DNA of 64,000 nucleotides from positions 1,115,578 to 1,179,577 of the forward strand of contig NW_014577078.1 of assembly GCF_000485595.1 (NCBI RefSeq), read 5' to 3'. Source of the stretch: Priapulus caudatus. Taxonomy: Eukaryota. Below are positions 44,076-57,303 of the stretch, in pieces. Every line of letters begins with the position of its first letter. Within the stretch, counting starts at the first letter, position 1. The position numbers and the translations under genes are program-made. The notes under the pieces were generated by a model. That model saw only the letters and a list, made by a program, of their open reading frames with translations, searched no databases and had not been told where the DNA came from.

Positions 44076-45916
44076 ATTAAATTAATGGAACGCACAAATA
44101 ATAGTTAGTGGGTTAGATGCAGAAATTCTAATATGAGTTAGGAAATTTAATATTAAAACGTTAGATTATTTCATTTTAATGTTAGATATCTTCAAGTTAT
44201 TAGAATTCACATATACACTGTATGTTCGAATTCTGATATATATTTCGTCGTATAAACTGCCAGACTTTATCGGTAGAAAACGACAATGTGTTGATCGTTT
44301 ATGAGGGATTTTAACAACTATTTCATTCTAATGTATCCTAAGATACAGCAAGCAAAGATAGAAAAAAGACAAAAAACACGATTAAAAATAGAAGCTGAGC
44401 AATGGAGAAGTGGTCAATAACAGCGCTAGAGTATAGGTAATTTTATTGCTGAATTTGCTTTCGTGATATGTGTTTGTGCATGCTTGTGTGTGTGTGCGTG
44501 TGTACGTGTATACGTATATGCACGTATGCGAGCGTGTGTGCGTGTGTGTGTCTAAACTCTCCCAAACCCTCCCAAACCCGATTACAGTGTGCGTTTCTGT
44601 TGCCACAAAAAAATTGCGAATTGTCAAGAGCTGCCCTTATCCGGCGTTGATAGTGATTATTTTAATAGACTCATACAACGTGGCAAGTCGCCAATTTCGT
44701 TTAGAATTCTGCTGGAATTGTTTTAAGTTTCGACCATGGCAGGAGGAAGATATACAACTATAAGTATAGTATGTCTATACGTATTTATCAGCACGGTGTT
44801 GCGTGGGTGTGTATAATTGTGTGTACGCATATGTATGTACGTACGCACATGTGCACGGAAGCATAAGTGTGTGCGTGCGTTGTCACAATGTGGATAACCA
44901 ATATCTTCCATGAAAGACTTGATCTGTCATTTTATCTTCTGTCAGAAATACATTTCAGTACACTCGACGCGCGAGATATCTAACCCACAAATCACCGCAT
45001 CATTTTAACAGACTATATAAATCATCCAAATCGTTTGATAAATGAGCTGCTATATCTGCCAACGATTTTAATGGATGTCTTTTCCTTAAAGACTTTCAAC
45101 TGCTGGATTGATATCTATCCCGACGTTTTAAGTTTAACGACGATTGATTACAACGATATGTGACACATGGATTAAACACTATGGGGTATTAAATTGCAGG
45201 AGGCTTCGCGTGGTGCGTAGGGCGCCGATGGACGTAGTGAAATCATTAAATACAGTTTAGTGTTCTTTCAAGGAAAAAATAATAGCAGTTGCGAAGAACC
45301 TTGCCAACAACTTATCTAACTTTAAGACAGACGATTGGAGAGACGCGAAAATACGGTGAATTCTTAAATTAGTCCAACACGAACGGTCTATCAGCGGCGA
45401 TATCGCATTTTCAATTGTGAGATACGAGTTGTTATTTCACGTAAACGCAATCTTCTTGGAAGGTCTCAGAGCAAAATCATGGATTTTACATATTCTAGTC
45501 ACAAAGATATTTAAAAAAAATCGAGGGAGCCTTTTATCCTGACATTTGCCGGGAACTCACGGCGTTTCTCGAGGTATTTCCGAATGGCCAAGCGTATAGG
45601 CCTATACACCAAAATCAGTTTTGGCGTAACACGTACACGGCACCTATAGTGTAAACAGTCTTCGTGTATACTGTACTTTCCAAGAGACGATGTTTGGGAA
45701 GCTATAAAGGATAATTTTAGATACCAAATGCCTTTGGGAGAAATGGGAATATCCTGGAGAAGTCCTTATAAGTACGAGCGCGTGAATAACGCACGCCGTT
45801 TCTTGTCATGGCCGCTGCGTGCTTCCAATTTTCTAGCGATTTTAATTCCTCAACAGGTAACTAAGGCATTTGCTGAGGTAGGATAGCTAAGTTATGTCCT
45901 CATGTATCATGCATGA

Positions 45917-46070
45917 TACACCCACGCACGCACGCACACGCACGCATGCACACACATATACACGTACACATATACACACACACGCGCGCGCGCACGCGCA
46001 CGCGCACGCGCACGCGCACACGCACACGCACACGCACACGCACACGCACACACACACACACACACACATA

Positions 46071-46122
<52 letters not shown>
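45917..46122. repeat. Compound (CA)/(CGCA)/(TA) microsatellite
   Basis: Read directly from the sequence. Confidence 0.9.
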
Positions 46123-46124
<2 letters not shown>

Positions 46125-48077
46125 CCGACGCCATGAGGTATGAAATCAATATCCGGCGATTACCACACTGATATGCAGCGCTTACTCGAATTTGCTCCGG
46201 AATTGTTTACAAATGACGCTAAATGGACGCGCTGAAGGGGGATCCGTCCGGGAAGGCGGAAGGAACATGTTGAGTGCTTGGTTGTGAGATAACATAGCCA
46301 CGACTCCGCTGTTCGAAGCGTCGCGTGAGCTCGGCATCCTACTCATATTCATGGGTAATAATCACACAGCATCGTCTAATGGCTCGTGGATTTTTTTCAA
46401 GACATTATATAAGGGTTTGCTGTAGGAACGTTGAATTGACGAGACTGGAAGTAAGAAGCGTGTGAGAATCAATGGTGCGGGGTGTTTTTCTACTGGCGCT
46501 GACGGATCCCGTTAATGTATTATACGGAAACCGTATAACTTGTTTCATAATAGTTCCCATGACCGTTATATATTTAACCATCGTCTGGTGGCAGCCTGTT
46601 AAAGGTTTGTGAATTAAGGAGCTTATTTTATGGACATATCTTGTTATTGTTAGTATATTATTACTGTCATTATTAGTTTATTATTATTACTATTATTATG
46701 ATTTAATTATTATATCGCACATGGGTCTTATGAAATTTCTCAGCTACGAAACAATTCAACTTGTGTCTCGTATGTTCTTCTGTCTGCGCTTGTTAAGGTA
46801 AGATGATTCAAATTAATCTCATGTATTTACGTGATTTCGATCCGACTGTGAAATCGACAGTTCTGGACTATAAGACCTGTGTTACACGTCATTCGGCAAG
46901 TCGCGTTTCTATTTACCTTCTTAGCGCGTTGGCTATTAAGCTCCCCAATCACAAGACACGCCGGTTCTGCGTTTCCCTGTCACGCAATGACCTTTGGAAA
47001 GATAAAATCCATCCGCCTAATTTAATTTAGGAGCAAAAACCGCGACAAGACGTAACTCGCTGACGTATACTCGGAATACAGTCGAGAGCATTGGTGTGTT
47101 TTCGCGAACTATAAGGTGTCCTTTGTCTTTTCCTGTCGCTCGTCGTCAGAAATACAAGTAGGTATTGACATCTTTAGCCTAAAACGTGATACCTTTTGAA
47201 GTGAAGGGTCGTGCACAAGTTATGGAATTTTATACGTGTGATAACCAGAGCTAGCTATGTTCGGTGCTTCTGACAACGAGCCCCTAGTCATAGCAATACA
47301 GTTTCCGTTCAGCCATCAGTTCTTTACACAACTTATTGTCTCGCTCACGCAAGAGCTTGTCTTTCATATTCGAACAACGCTATTAGCACTATATGTATGA
47401 TGAATTGCTTATTCATATATGAATAAATGTTTTTAATTGAAAGTAAGAGCTAATAGTGACCACTGACACGTCACACACCTGCTCACTCATCTTTGCCACG
47501 GTTTCTTATAACTTTACCGTCTCTGTCGTAACCGGAACCTACGCAACAGTTTACGAACGTTAGCGCACGCCACGTCATGATCACTTGCTGCAAATCATTA
47601 TTCGCATGGCTCTTTCCTATTAACTGCTGCCGCATCAATCGTAGCATGAAAACGCATGGCACGAGGCATCGCGAGGCACTGCATGCGTTATTACATCAAA
47701 AAACGAACCGATCTTGCAGTTACGCGACGTGCCCACCGAATACGTTTAGGCACCACAATTCACACACAACTCGCCGTGCCTACATACACACACATCGCGA
47801 TAGATATTCCGCACGCACCGTTCTATTACATGCATCACGAAACACTCGTCTTCATCGATCCAACTCGATGGTGCTTTGTCATACCGAGCAAGCAGCGCGA
47901 TGAATTTACGGCGCTTGAAGTACAAATGCGCATCAAACTCATGCGGTCCGGGCCGCCGCGAGGAGGGTGTATAAATAATAAAGACGGTAAACGCATAGAG
48001 GCCCAGTTGATATGCGTGAATGCGTAACGAATATGCAGACAACGACAGCATACACGTGGAGTAAGCAGACACAAGAC

Positions 48078-48362
48078 ATAGTGAGCATGTACATGAATAA
48101 AGCACAAAGACGTATAGTGAGCATGTACATGAATAAAGAACAAAGGCGTATAGTGAGCATGTACATGAATAAAATGTACATGAATAAAGCACAAAGACGT
48201 ATAGTGAGCATGTACATGAATAAAGAACAAAGGCGTATAGTGAGCATGTACATGAATAAAGCACAAAGACGTATAGTGAGCATGTACAAGAAGAAAGCAC
48301 AAAAACGTATAGTGAGCATGTATACGAAGAAAGCACAAAGACGTATAGTGAGCATGTACACG
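48078..48362. repeat. 36-bp minisatellite, ~8 units
   Basis: Unit ATAGTGAGCATGTACATGAATAAAG(C/A)ACAAAG(A/G)CGT, with one 15-bp partial duplication. It explains the repetitive ORFs in several frames. Confidence 0.92.
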
Positions 48363-48894
48363 AAGATATCACGAAGACATGCAAAGAATATGCAGATATA
48401 AACCGATTATGCAGAAATAGGCACAAAGCAGGCATAGCGAGAGTGAGGGAGAAAGGATAGAGAAAGAGCGAGGAAAGATGGGCAAGAAAAATAGAGAGGG
48501 AGAGAGTTGCAGCCGTAGAACATGAGCAGACAGAGAGCATGCACACTTACAGTGCTGCCCATGCACTGATAGATATGCTGATAGTAGACAGCATATACAC
48601 ATGATACTTATACATGTATACTGCTCGCCAGGCATAGCATATTGCTAACCTGGATAAAGCAGCACACATGATCGCAACGAACCGTTAAATCACACTCTAG
48701 CATAGCCGGAAAACGAATGGGGTCATCGGAGCAGCAGCAAACCTACGTGATGGCTTCCTGACAGTCACGCTCCGATGTTCGCGACACCTGCCATGATAGG
48801 CATGCACGTGAATGTCTCTGCGGGTAGCGCGAGGGAAGCATACAACGCCATTCATCCATGACCGCGAAACTTCAGGCATGTGCTTACTATACTA

Positions 48895-49965
48895 GCCCGG
48901 CAGATATGTGAATGAATTGTGATTTTTATGATACAAGCATGAGCTTTGACACACGGTTAGAGCATGTCCTAAGGAAGATTTTTGGTTATAGGGCCATCGC
49001 ATATTTGTCCCATGGCAACAATGGCGGCCATTTTCCAAGATGGCCGCCATTCAAATCCATTATCCTTCATATTCAGCTAATATTCAACATAGAAACATGA
49101 TCTTAATTGGTACCTAAACTAACATTATCGGGGTCAATGAACACATTGCAATCAAAATCACTATCGGGCGGTGGCCGCTATCTTGAATTTCAAAATGGCC
49201 GCCATTCAAATCCATTATCCAATTCAATTATTTTATTGCAATTCAATCACTTTATTTACACCTGACAATTACATTTTAAAGGTATCATATTGGTTCAACA
49301 AATTAATTAACAAAGCTAATAAATTAAAATAGTTGTGAAGATTCACAAGAGCTTGTGACCACACATAACCTGCTTAATATACACTGCCAGTAGGGCCTAC
49401 TAGCACATCCGTGTCAACTGTGCGTATTGACACCTTAATGGTATACCCTTCCTTCACAGCATCTGCTAGGTGCAATAGGATGCGGGTATCAGCCTCCTCA
49501 TGTGTATCAGCCCTACTCTCTCGGGGCTGAGTATAGAGGATGTCAGCATGATTGGTGCTGATTATTTGTTTGTCAGTGTCCGTCACACTAAATGCCAGGA
49601 AGGAGAACAGCTCAACCTTGTTGTCGTTTATTGTCAGAAACTCCGGCCAGTTTCCAAGAATGGCACTGGATGGCTCAACGCGCCTACGAACGATTTTGAT
49701 TGCAATGTGTTCCTTGACCCCGATAATGTTAGTTTAGGCACCAATATCATGTTTCTATGTTGAATATTAGCTGAAAATGAAGGATAATGGATTTGAATGG
49801 AGGCCATCTTGGAAAATGGCCGCCATTGTTGCTATGGGAAAAATATACGATGGCTCTACAGCCAAAAATCTTCCTTAGGGCATGCTCTAACCGTGTGCCA
49901 AAGCTCATGCTTGTATCATATATAAAAATCACAATTCCCTCAAATATTGCACATATCTGCCGGGC
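48895..49965. mobile_element. Non-autonomous DNA element with ~270 bp TIRs and an internal coding remnant
   Basis: Left arm 48895-49159 (GCCCGGCAGATATGTG...ATCAAAATC) is the reverse complement of right arm 49692-49965, with scattered substitutions and a few small indels. The arms carry repeated ATGGCGGCCAT/ATGGCCGCCAT motifs. Confidence 0.88.
49374..49691 (-). pseudogene. Internal fragment (~105 aa) of an uncharacterised repeat-borne protein with HEEADTR...RTVDTD motifs
   Basis: Open frame VRRRVEPSSAILGNWPEFLTINDNKVELFSFLAFSVTDTDKQIISTNHADILYTQPRESRADTHEEADTRILLHLADAVKEGYTIKVSIRTVDTDVLV. It extends upstream of the ORF-track start as far as the right TIR and has no start codon of its own. Confidence 0.75.
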
Positions 49966-50782
49966 CTACCTACATATCGTGTAGGTCATCGTGTAGCTTT
50001 CGTCATAGACTAATAATATTTTCCAGCATTAAATATTATTTGAGGCTACAGTCGAATTCAAAATCATCACATATAAACAGAGAAATGCCTGCCGTGGCGA
50101 GATCTACATAGTTTACTATGCCTAACACTATTCAACGGGTTTACGCTAGGCGGTTAACTGGATTAGAATGAATAATTCTCGTTGATCTATGCCACCTGAG
50201 AGCTCATCTATATCACTGAAATACATTTATATTTATCCTAATGTTCTGTGTTTTGATGATTGCGCCGTATTCTTCAGAAAATCACAACCCTAACGAGAAG
50301 GTCGTAAAATATATAAAAGCGCGCAACTGAGTTTCTACTGACTCAGCACCTACACGAAATTTAGTTACCACACTGCACAATACTATAGACAATACACTAT
50401 CTATACGCAATTCATAATTTTACCAAACGACAAAGGGTAGCGGTCTACTTACCTAATCCATCTTACATAAGCAAGCGCTCGTCTTCCTATGAAACAAGGT
50501 TTTTTTAGTTTATTATTATTATTGTTATTAATGATGTTGTTATCATTATTTTGTATTTATTAAATCGTTTATCACGAAATTGTAAATGTTTTTATATTAA
50601 TAATAATGTTACTAATGCGATTAACGAATGAATATAACGTATTTTCGCGCTAGGATATTTTTTTTTACATATTTCCTTGGATGCTATGCGTTGTTATTCG
50701 ATACGCAAATACTTTGCACAAATTCTAGATCTTTTGCACACATTTCTGGTTTATTTATAACTTTTCGCGCTTTTTAAATAAT

Positions 50783-51350
50783 AGCCGCGTTTACACGTAG
50801 CAAGAAATCCGGTATTTAGCGTTCACACGAAGCAAAATGCGCGGTCCAAAAAATACGGTATCTAAACAGATCCGGTATTTGATGTAAATATACGCAGCTT
50901 CCCAGACCCCGAATAATTTGCCGTGCTTGAGAAATACCGGATTTCTTGGACCGCGCATTTCCTCGTGTGAACGCTAAATACGGGATTTCTGAAGCCGCGT
51001 ATTTTATAGACTGGTCCGCACTCGACAGTTCCAGTGTAACGCGAGTGGAACTGTCGAGCGCGGACCAGTCTACGTATTTTATCGGCAGTTGGTGCGCATT
51101 GCATTGTTTATTTCGCATTGTTCGCTTGATTGTTTAAAGCAGCTAGCAGCTCGCAAATACCGTATTTCTGGAGCCGCGAATCAGCGTGTGAACGCTCGGC
51201 CGCGTATTTGTCTCAGATTCGGTATTTCGCAAATACCGTATTTCTGGAGCCGCGAATCAGCGTGTGAACGCTCGGCCGCGTATTTGTCTCAGATTAGGTA
51301 TTTCGCAAATACTGTATTTCATATATACGAGGTCTCGTGTGAACGAGGCT
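50783..51350. mobile_element. MITE, probably Harbinger-type, with internal hairpins and a 76-bp tandem duplication
   Basis: TIRs AGCCGCGTTTACACG / CGTGTGAACGAGGCT (13/15 match) and 3-bp AAT on both flanks. Internal inverted repeats at ~50803-50860 vs ~50935-50990 and at 51007-51072. Direct repeat with period 76 at 51151-51320. Confidence 0.78.
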
Positions 51351-52319
51351 AATGCAACGATGCTCAAGTAAGTATCTAATGCATTTCGCCGTGAGGAGGG
51401 GGGGGGGCGAATTTTAACGCAGAAGGAAGTCACGGGTTCGTCGCCGGGAAATAACGACATGTGCTGCTTTTAGATGGAGGTTCTATCATCGATTGTTATT
51501 ACTTGGCAAATTGGCGACGTGCGATGTAATATGAAGTGAAAATCTACACCAAAGTCAGTGTTGAATAACGGCACCCGGCTAACTTGTATGGGTTCTTCAA
51601 TCTCTCCGGGCCGAAGAATTGAAAACGGCCTCTCGACGACCGTGTAATAGGGTTTCTAAACAAGACCCGTCTGCGGCATTCCATCGACGAGTGTGTAATT
51701 ACGATCGGAGGGGCTTAGAATAAAATTCGCGTCGTCGTTACAGATGTGTTGGGCATGTGCTGGCAGGCGCACACGTTGACAGCCCCCTTACTGCAGAAAT
51801 GACAATATGTGGCTATGTCTTAGTGTTGGTGAACGCGGGATTCACGGCTTACAATCGCCGTTCTCGGCTAATTCACTCGACAAGCGCCTGTGTGAAGTTT
51901 TCCGGTTAATGTTGGGCACTGATGAGTTAGCTGAGCGCAGAATATGGATGCTATCCGCGTCATTTTATTTCTTAAACGCTGACTTCTCACCAGATAAATT
52001 CCGTTCAGTATGGTTACATGCGTAGATGAATAAAATAACTAAATACGAGATGCGACAACGAATTAGAATTAAACTGAAACGGTTATAGACACTTTAAACG
52101 TATATTAATGTAAATAGTATATCTATTGAAGGAATTCCTGTAATACAGTAGAAATCAAGAAAAAAATTGGATTAGAGCAAGCAACGTCTTTCCAGATAAT
52201 GTCGTGACTCAACATATATTAGGTATTGTCAATAGTTGCAAGGCTTCTAAAATTTGTGAAAAATTAATCAAACACTTGAATATGGTTTTCATCATGACAC
52301 GAAGTGATGCAAGCATGCC

Positions 52320-52601
52320 AACACACACACATACGTGCGCGCGCCCCACACACATACCAGCAGCAACACCACCACACACACCACACACACACACACCCCC
52401 ACACACACGCACCCCACACACACACACCACACACGACACAGCGCGCGCGCAGGCACGCATGCACGGACGCACGCACAGCACCACACACACACACACACAG
52501 CACACACACACACAAGCACGACACTCACACGCACACGACACACACACACACACAGCCGTTCGTCCGAAGTCGGACGCGCGCGCGCGCCGCACACAACCGC
52601 A

Positions 52602-52641
<40 letters not shown>
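52320..52641. repeat. Degenerate (CA)n then (TA)n microsatellite
   Basis: Read directly from the sequence. Confidence 0.9.
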
Positions 52642-52642
<1 letters not shown>

Positions 52643-53744
52643 AATTATATCGAATTACAATGTAAATATTACTTTTAATATGGTATTTATATAGTGACGA
52701 AATACCGCCTTGTATTGTCCAGCATTATAATTACTCTCTTACGACTTTATGAGGGAGCGGGGGTTGGGTTACACATAATACGCAGAATCAGCAACAGACT
52801 CACTAATAAACAATCCTATCTAAATTATGTCGGTGGGCGAGGAAATTAGCCCGAAGGAACAGGAAAGTGAAACATTGGCAATGGAAATGAGAGTGTCATT
52901 GGCAAAGCAGATCATCAACTATTGAAGGAGGAACTTGAGATCAGGAGGGAGCGAAGGAAATGAGTGCAGAGAATGTGACGGAAATGATAGTGATGAAAAG
53001 AAGGCGGATATATATATATATGCCCAGCGCGCACACATACCGCACACGAAAATGCTATATAGTATGGAGATATGAAATCTTCATAACTGATTGCTTCGCG
53101 TTTTTTCATTCGTTGCTGGTGGTATTGATTTCGCAACGGTGGAGCGTAACCCTGATAGCTCCCTGGATCGACAGGAGAATAGATCCCCCGCGAGCATTCA
53201 CGCGAAGAACCAAGTTCACGAAGACACGCGAGTCATCAATGTATAATAACGCACGGCGTCAAAAACGGGCGCGTCAAGGACATGCAACCCGATGACGGAA
53301 TAAACGCTGGCCGACAGACTGAGGGCGCGCAGCGTCTGCAGGTAGGTAGGTAGCCGTCGTCACAGCTCCACGTGTTAACATCGATAGCGGGACCCGCCCC
53401 CGAAAACCGGTTACATGCGAGGAAGCAGACACGCCCCGCCCGCGATTATAACCGCACAATGTAATAGCAAGCAACGCGCGGATAATTCTGTCGGCTCTTC
53501 CCATGCCGGTAACCAGCAGGGAGAGGGGAAATTCGTTATCAAATGGAGAGGGGTAACTCAAACTAAGGACTATATCACTCGGTGCAGTTTAACAGCGTCC
53601 TAGCGACGATGCTTCCTTATTCTATCCTTACTATGCCGGGGTCGGCGCCTAGCTCCAGGAGAAATGGCGCGTGCTAACGAACGACGACAACGACTATAGT
53701 TGGTACCCGGTAATAAAAAATACCCGGTATTCGCGGAACTTCCG

Positions 53745-53977
53745 ACTAGCGACGCCTAGTATCGACAACACCGACGAGTGCCGACAGCGATACCTTGTGC
53801 CGACAGCGCCGCCTAGTGCTGACAGCGCCACCTAGTATCGACAACATCGACGAGTGTCGACAGCGCCGCCTAGTGCCGACAGCGCCGCCTAGTGCCGACA
53901 GCGCCGCCTAGTGCCGACAGCGCCGCCTAGTATCGATAACACCGACGAGTGTCGACAGCGCCACCTAGTGCCGACAG
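53745..53977. repeat. 19-bp minisatellite with two interleaved unit variants, ~12 units
   Basis: Units AGTGCCGACAGCGCCGCCT and AGTATCGACAACACCGACG lie head to tail, with no spacers. Confidence 0.9.
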
Positions 53978-54125
53978 GGACTACTGCACGTTCGCGAAAC
54001 CTCCCGCAGATATTGAGAAACCAGATTCACAGCAATCTCGTGGCAATATCGATCGTATTATACAAACTAATGCCGTATAGTAATTGGTAGTCACGTACGG
54101 TACAAGTGGTACGCCTGGGAAGCTC

Positions 54126-55144
54126 AACAAGTGCCGCAGTGCGACAGGGCTCATCTGGTGTCTGGTGTTCTGCTGATAAATTCATTTGTGCATAGCAAGA
54201 CGTCTTATACATAAGTCTTCTTTATTCTTGTTTGACTTTCGTAGCCAATTCGAACAAATATATCAGCTACACTTTCGCACCCACCTATTCTCTATGCATT
54301 GCAGACACATGTGCATTGCAGGTTGGCAGGCAACAATTATGATTAGAAGCGTGCCAACCATGGGCTGCCCGCGTTTTTGCCTACCCACGCGAGCATTCAC
54401 TGATTCAGCCTTCAGGGTGCTATAGACAGACTGCTTTAGAACATAATATGATTTAAGGAGCGTAAACCTTGTTCAACAAACATTTGCCTTTGCAATTAAA
54501 CTGTGCAACTGTAAACTCACATTCACACTAGTATGGGCTCTAATAATAGCAAAAGCAGTTCAGTCCTTTGTTAACAGTCAACAAATCAATGTTTAACCCT
54601 CCTCTTGAGGGTCAAAAGGTTATCCGACACTTACTCTTCGCATGTCAGCGGAAAGTACATTTCATGGTCCTTTTAATAAAGCCATAAAAATGGTAGGTCA
54701 CTGCTGAAACAAAAAAGTTTTTCAATCGCTCCGTCAGACCATGTCCTCAGAAAATGTCTAAAATCTGCCCTGTGCCCCATTGACCTTTGACATGTGACCT
54801 CCAATTTCGGCACAGTGATGGCTTTTCCTACCATGATGCTATACACCGACTATCACGAGCCTACGTTTAGATGTGTGCCGCAATTGTGCATTTCCTTCCT
54901 ATACCTTAAGTTAAGGAGGGAATGTTCCCCCTTCTTTTACACCTCTTGACCTTTGACATTTGACCCCCAGCTTCGACATCCCAACTCGTTTTTGGATTAC
55001 CTCCCCCCCACGTCCCGACTTTCGAATCCGTACGTCGAGCCGTTTAGATTTGTGCCAACTGTTGACGTACGCACGGACGGACGGGCGCACGGACAATCAT
55101 GCGATTCTACAAGCTGCATCTGACTTCGTCAGATGAGCTAAAAA
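54126..55144 (-). mobile_element. Non-autonomous Helentron-associated (HINE-like) element with ~166-bp core repeats
   Basis: Subterminal inverted repeats GCTCATCTG (54149-54157) / CAGATGAGC (55130-55138). 5' hairpin CATCTGAC-TTC-GTCAGATG (55117-55135) next to a GGAC/GCAC microsatellite (55065-55095). 3' hairpin TGCCGCA-G-TGCGACA beside an AACAAG end. The TGACCTTTGACAT motif recurs at 54781 and 54947. Confidence 0.75.
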
Positions 55145-56427
55145 TAAGACGTAGTACAAAAGGGACAACGTTAGCGTTACATGAACAATATTCGGCTTGA
55201 GCATTAGTAGTTAAATTCTCACGTAGAAATAGTGTTTTCTAATTGCGATATATATCAGTGGTGTTTATCTGTGGTGACAAATTTTTAACCTACTATCCAC
55301 CCGGTTTGGAAATTCCAGCTAGGAAAATGGGTAGACACGCATATTATTCGCACTTCTAAACGAATATTAACGTGCTTTTCGTTGCTTAAGAATGCGCCAG
55401 ATTTGGCGCACGCTGAGAACTTACTCGGGTTAAAATGCTTCTTAAGTCTACCCATAGGCTTCGTGTTATAGCGCCATGCAGGAATTAGTTAGCGGTGGCG
55501 AAAGAGACCCGGTATTTCAAGCGCGGAATTGTAAGAAACGCACATTTGAAAAACGAAAATCCACGCAGAGTAATATTAGTCATCCGCACTTGATAATAAC
55601 TGGTGACGCAGTTCGTGTAACTCAGCACCATGCCGCCAGTAACTGAGACTACAACTGGAAAGCTGGCCATTCAAACCGTCCACGTCAAAGCCGCGATTCA
55701 GCGATAGACTTCAAAGCTTAATTATACGAATACATGTCGTTTACAGTGCAGATTATTTTCACGACTTTGTGCATCTTTATATTTTGCAAATCCATGACGG
55801 TATATCCTCAGCAGCGGAGAAAAACGAAAAATGCGCCGCGCAAATTGCACTGCTAAATCTAACCGTTTATGAATAATTTTTAACGCAGTGTTCTTTTTGC
55901 CTGGGCCTCCAGCCATGGTATCACAGAATTTTTTTGCGCTACATTCGAATTCGCACTTTTATCCTGTCTTTATATGACGTTAACCGAATGAAAATGGAAA
56001 TGCAATGCCAAAGACATTCAAACGAGACGAATTACTCGCCAGCACAGCCTGTATCCGCACATCCGTCCACTTCACTGTCCGCTTGACAAGGGATTCACGG
56101 ACGCATTAATTCCTTTACATAATTGAATAAATTAGTCACGAAACTTGCGAATTACAGCGATCACAAGACCGGTCGTTCACGCTCGGAACGGGCACGAAGG
56201 CTCGGGTTATAGCACGGGCAGTATATACGTTAAACGAATCCACATCGCACCCTAAACTCAAATACCCCGACAAAACAGCTTTGTGTCCACACTGCGATAG
56301 TTCACACGACGCAAGTTCGTAAAGATAATGATAAAAGTTCAAGAAGCGAGTAAGGAGTAGTGTTAACAGTTAAATAGTGCGCCCTGTTACATTTGATTCG
56401 GGTAGACTGGTGGTTAGAGTGGCTGAT

Positions 56428-56685
56428 AGGGTCTATGTCTCCCTGGGTACTGCCGGAACGTACCATGGGTACGGTCCGGTATACCGGAACGTACCCTGGT
56501 AACTATCTGATATGGTTAGGGTTAGAGTTAGGGTTAGGGAGTAGGCGTAGGCGACTCCCTATATAGACTCGTTAGTGGAGTAGGCGAGGTACGGTCCGGC
56601 ATATTAGATAGTACCAGGGTACGTTCCGGTATACAGGACCGTACCCAGGGCACGTTCCGGCAGTACCCAGGGAGACATAGACCCT
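56428..56685. mobile_element. Palindromic MITE with internal TTAGGG units, copy 1
   Basis: ~75-bp inverted arms (AGGGTCTATGTCTCCCTGGGTACTGCCGGAACGT... / ...ACGTTCCGGCAGTACCCAGGGAGACATAGACCCT), built from a ~30-bp subrepeat. The centre contains GGTTAGGGTTAGAGTTAGGGTTAGGG. Confidence 0.85.
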
Positions 56686-57303
56686 GGCAGCGTTAGAGTG
56701 TAGGTTCTCCATGCACGGGGACCAACAGCGCCGCCATTTAACTCGGGTAATTTTAATTATATTTCCGTTAGGGGTTAAAATATTTAATCCGGTTCAACCC
56801 TAACGTGTGAACCCTTTGATGAAGACAGAGATGAAAGCATAGTCGGCGTGTGATGTCGGGGTGTGATGTAGTCACCGTTCATACACGTCATTGCAGGCAT
56901 ATACATGTACTGAATTTGACAGCCCGCGTTCTGTCAACCTAAAGGCGGCGATCGTGAATATAAAGCTAAACTCACTAAACAAGTCTCACACACCGGTATT
57001 ATGAATACGCATCACTATCATACTGACCAAATACCTCGAGAAAAAAATTATTTCGATGGACACACTCTAAACGCACATCACAACGTTAATAATCGCACCA
57101 TAGTTTAATTGTTAGAATTAGTTTAAAACGACGCAGAATGGCGCTCACAACTGTAAATTTAGCAGGTACGAATAGGCACATCAACTTTATTAATCAGAAT
57201 ACTGAACTAAACGTCGAAGTTTCTGTAGTTCAGTGTCATGATATCATCATTTCCGGTACCCACTAGGAGAAAACAACAAGAAACTCCGCCTATTTAAGCT
57301 CAT

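Noticed and set aside
47746..48546. 266-aa ORF and overlapping ORFs with 12-aa repeats
   Set aside because: Produced by the 36-bp minisatellite, which is open in several frames on both strands; no domain is recognisable.
53745..53977. CRISPR-like appearance of the regular short repeats (also 48078-48362)
   Set aside because: Units are head to tail with no unique spacers, there are no cas genes, and the context is eukaryotic.
56514..56539. TTAGGG repeats as a telomere or chromosome-fusion scar
   Set aside because: Only 2-4 units, located inside a dispersed MITE that is present twice.
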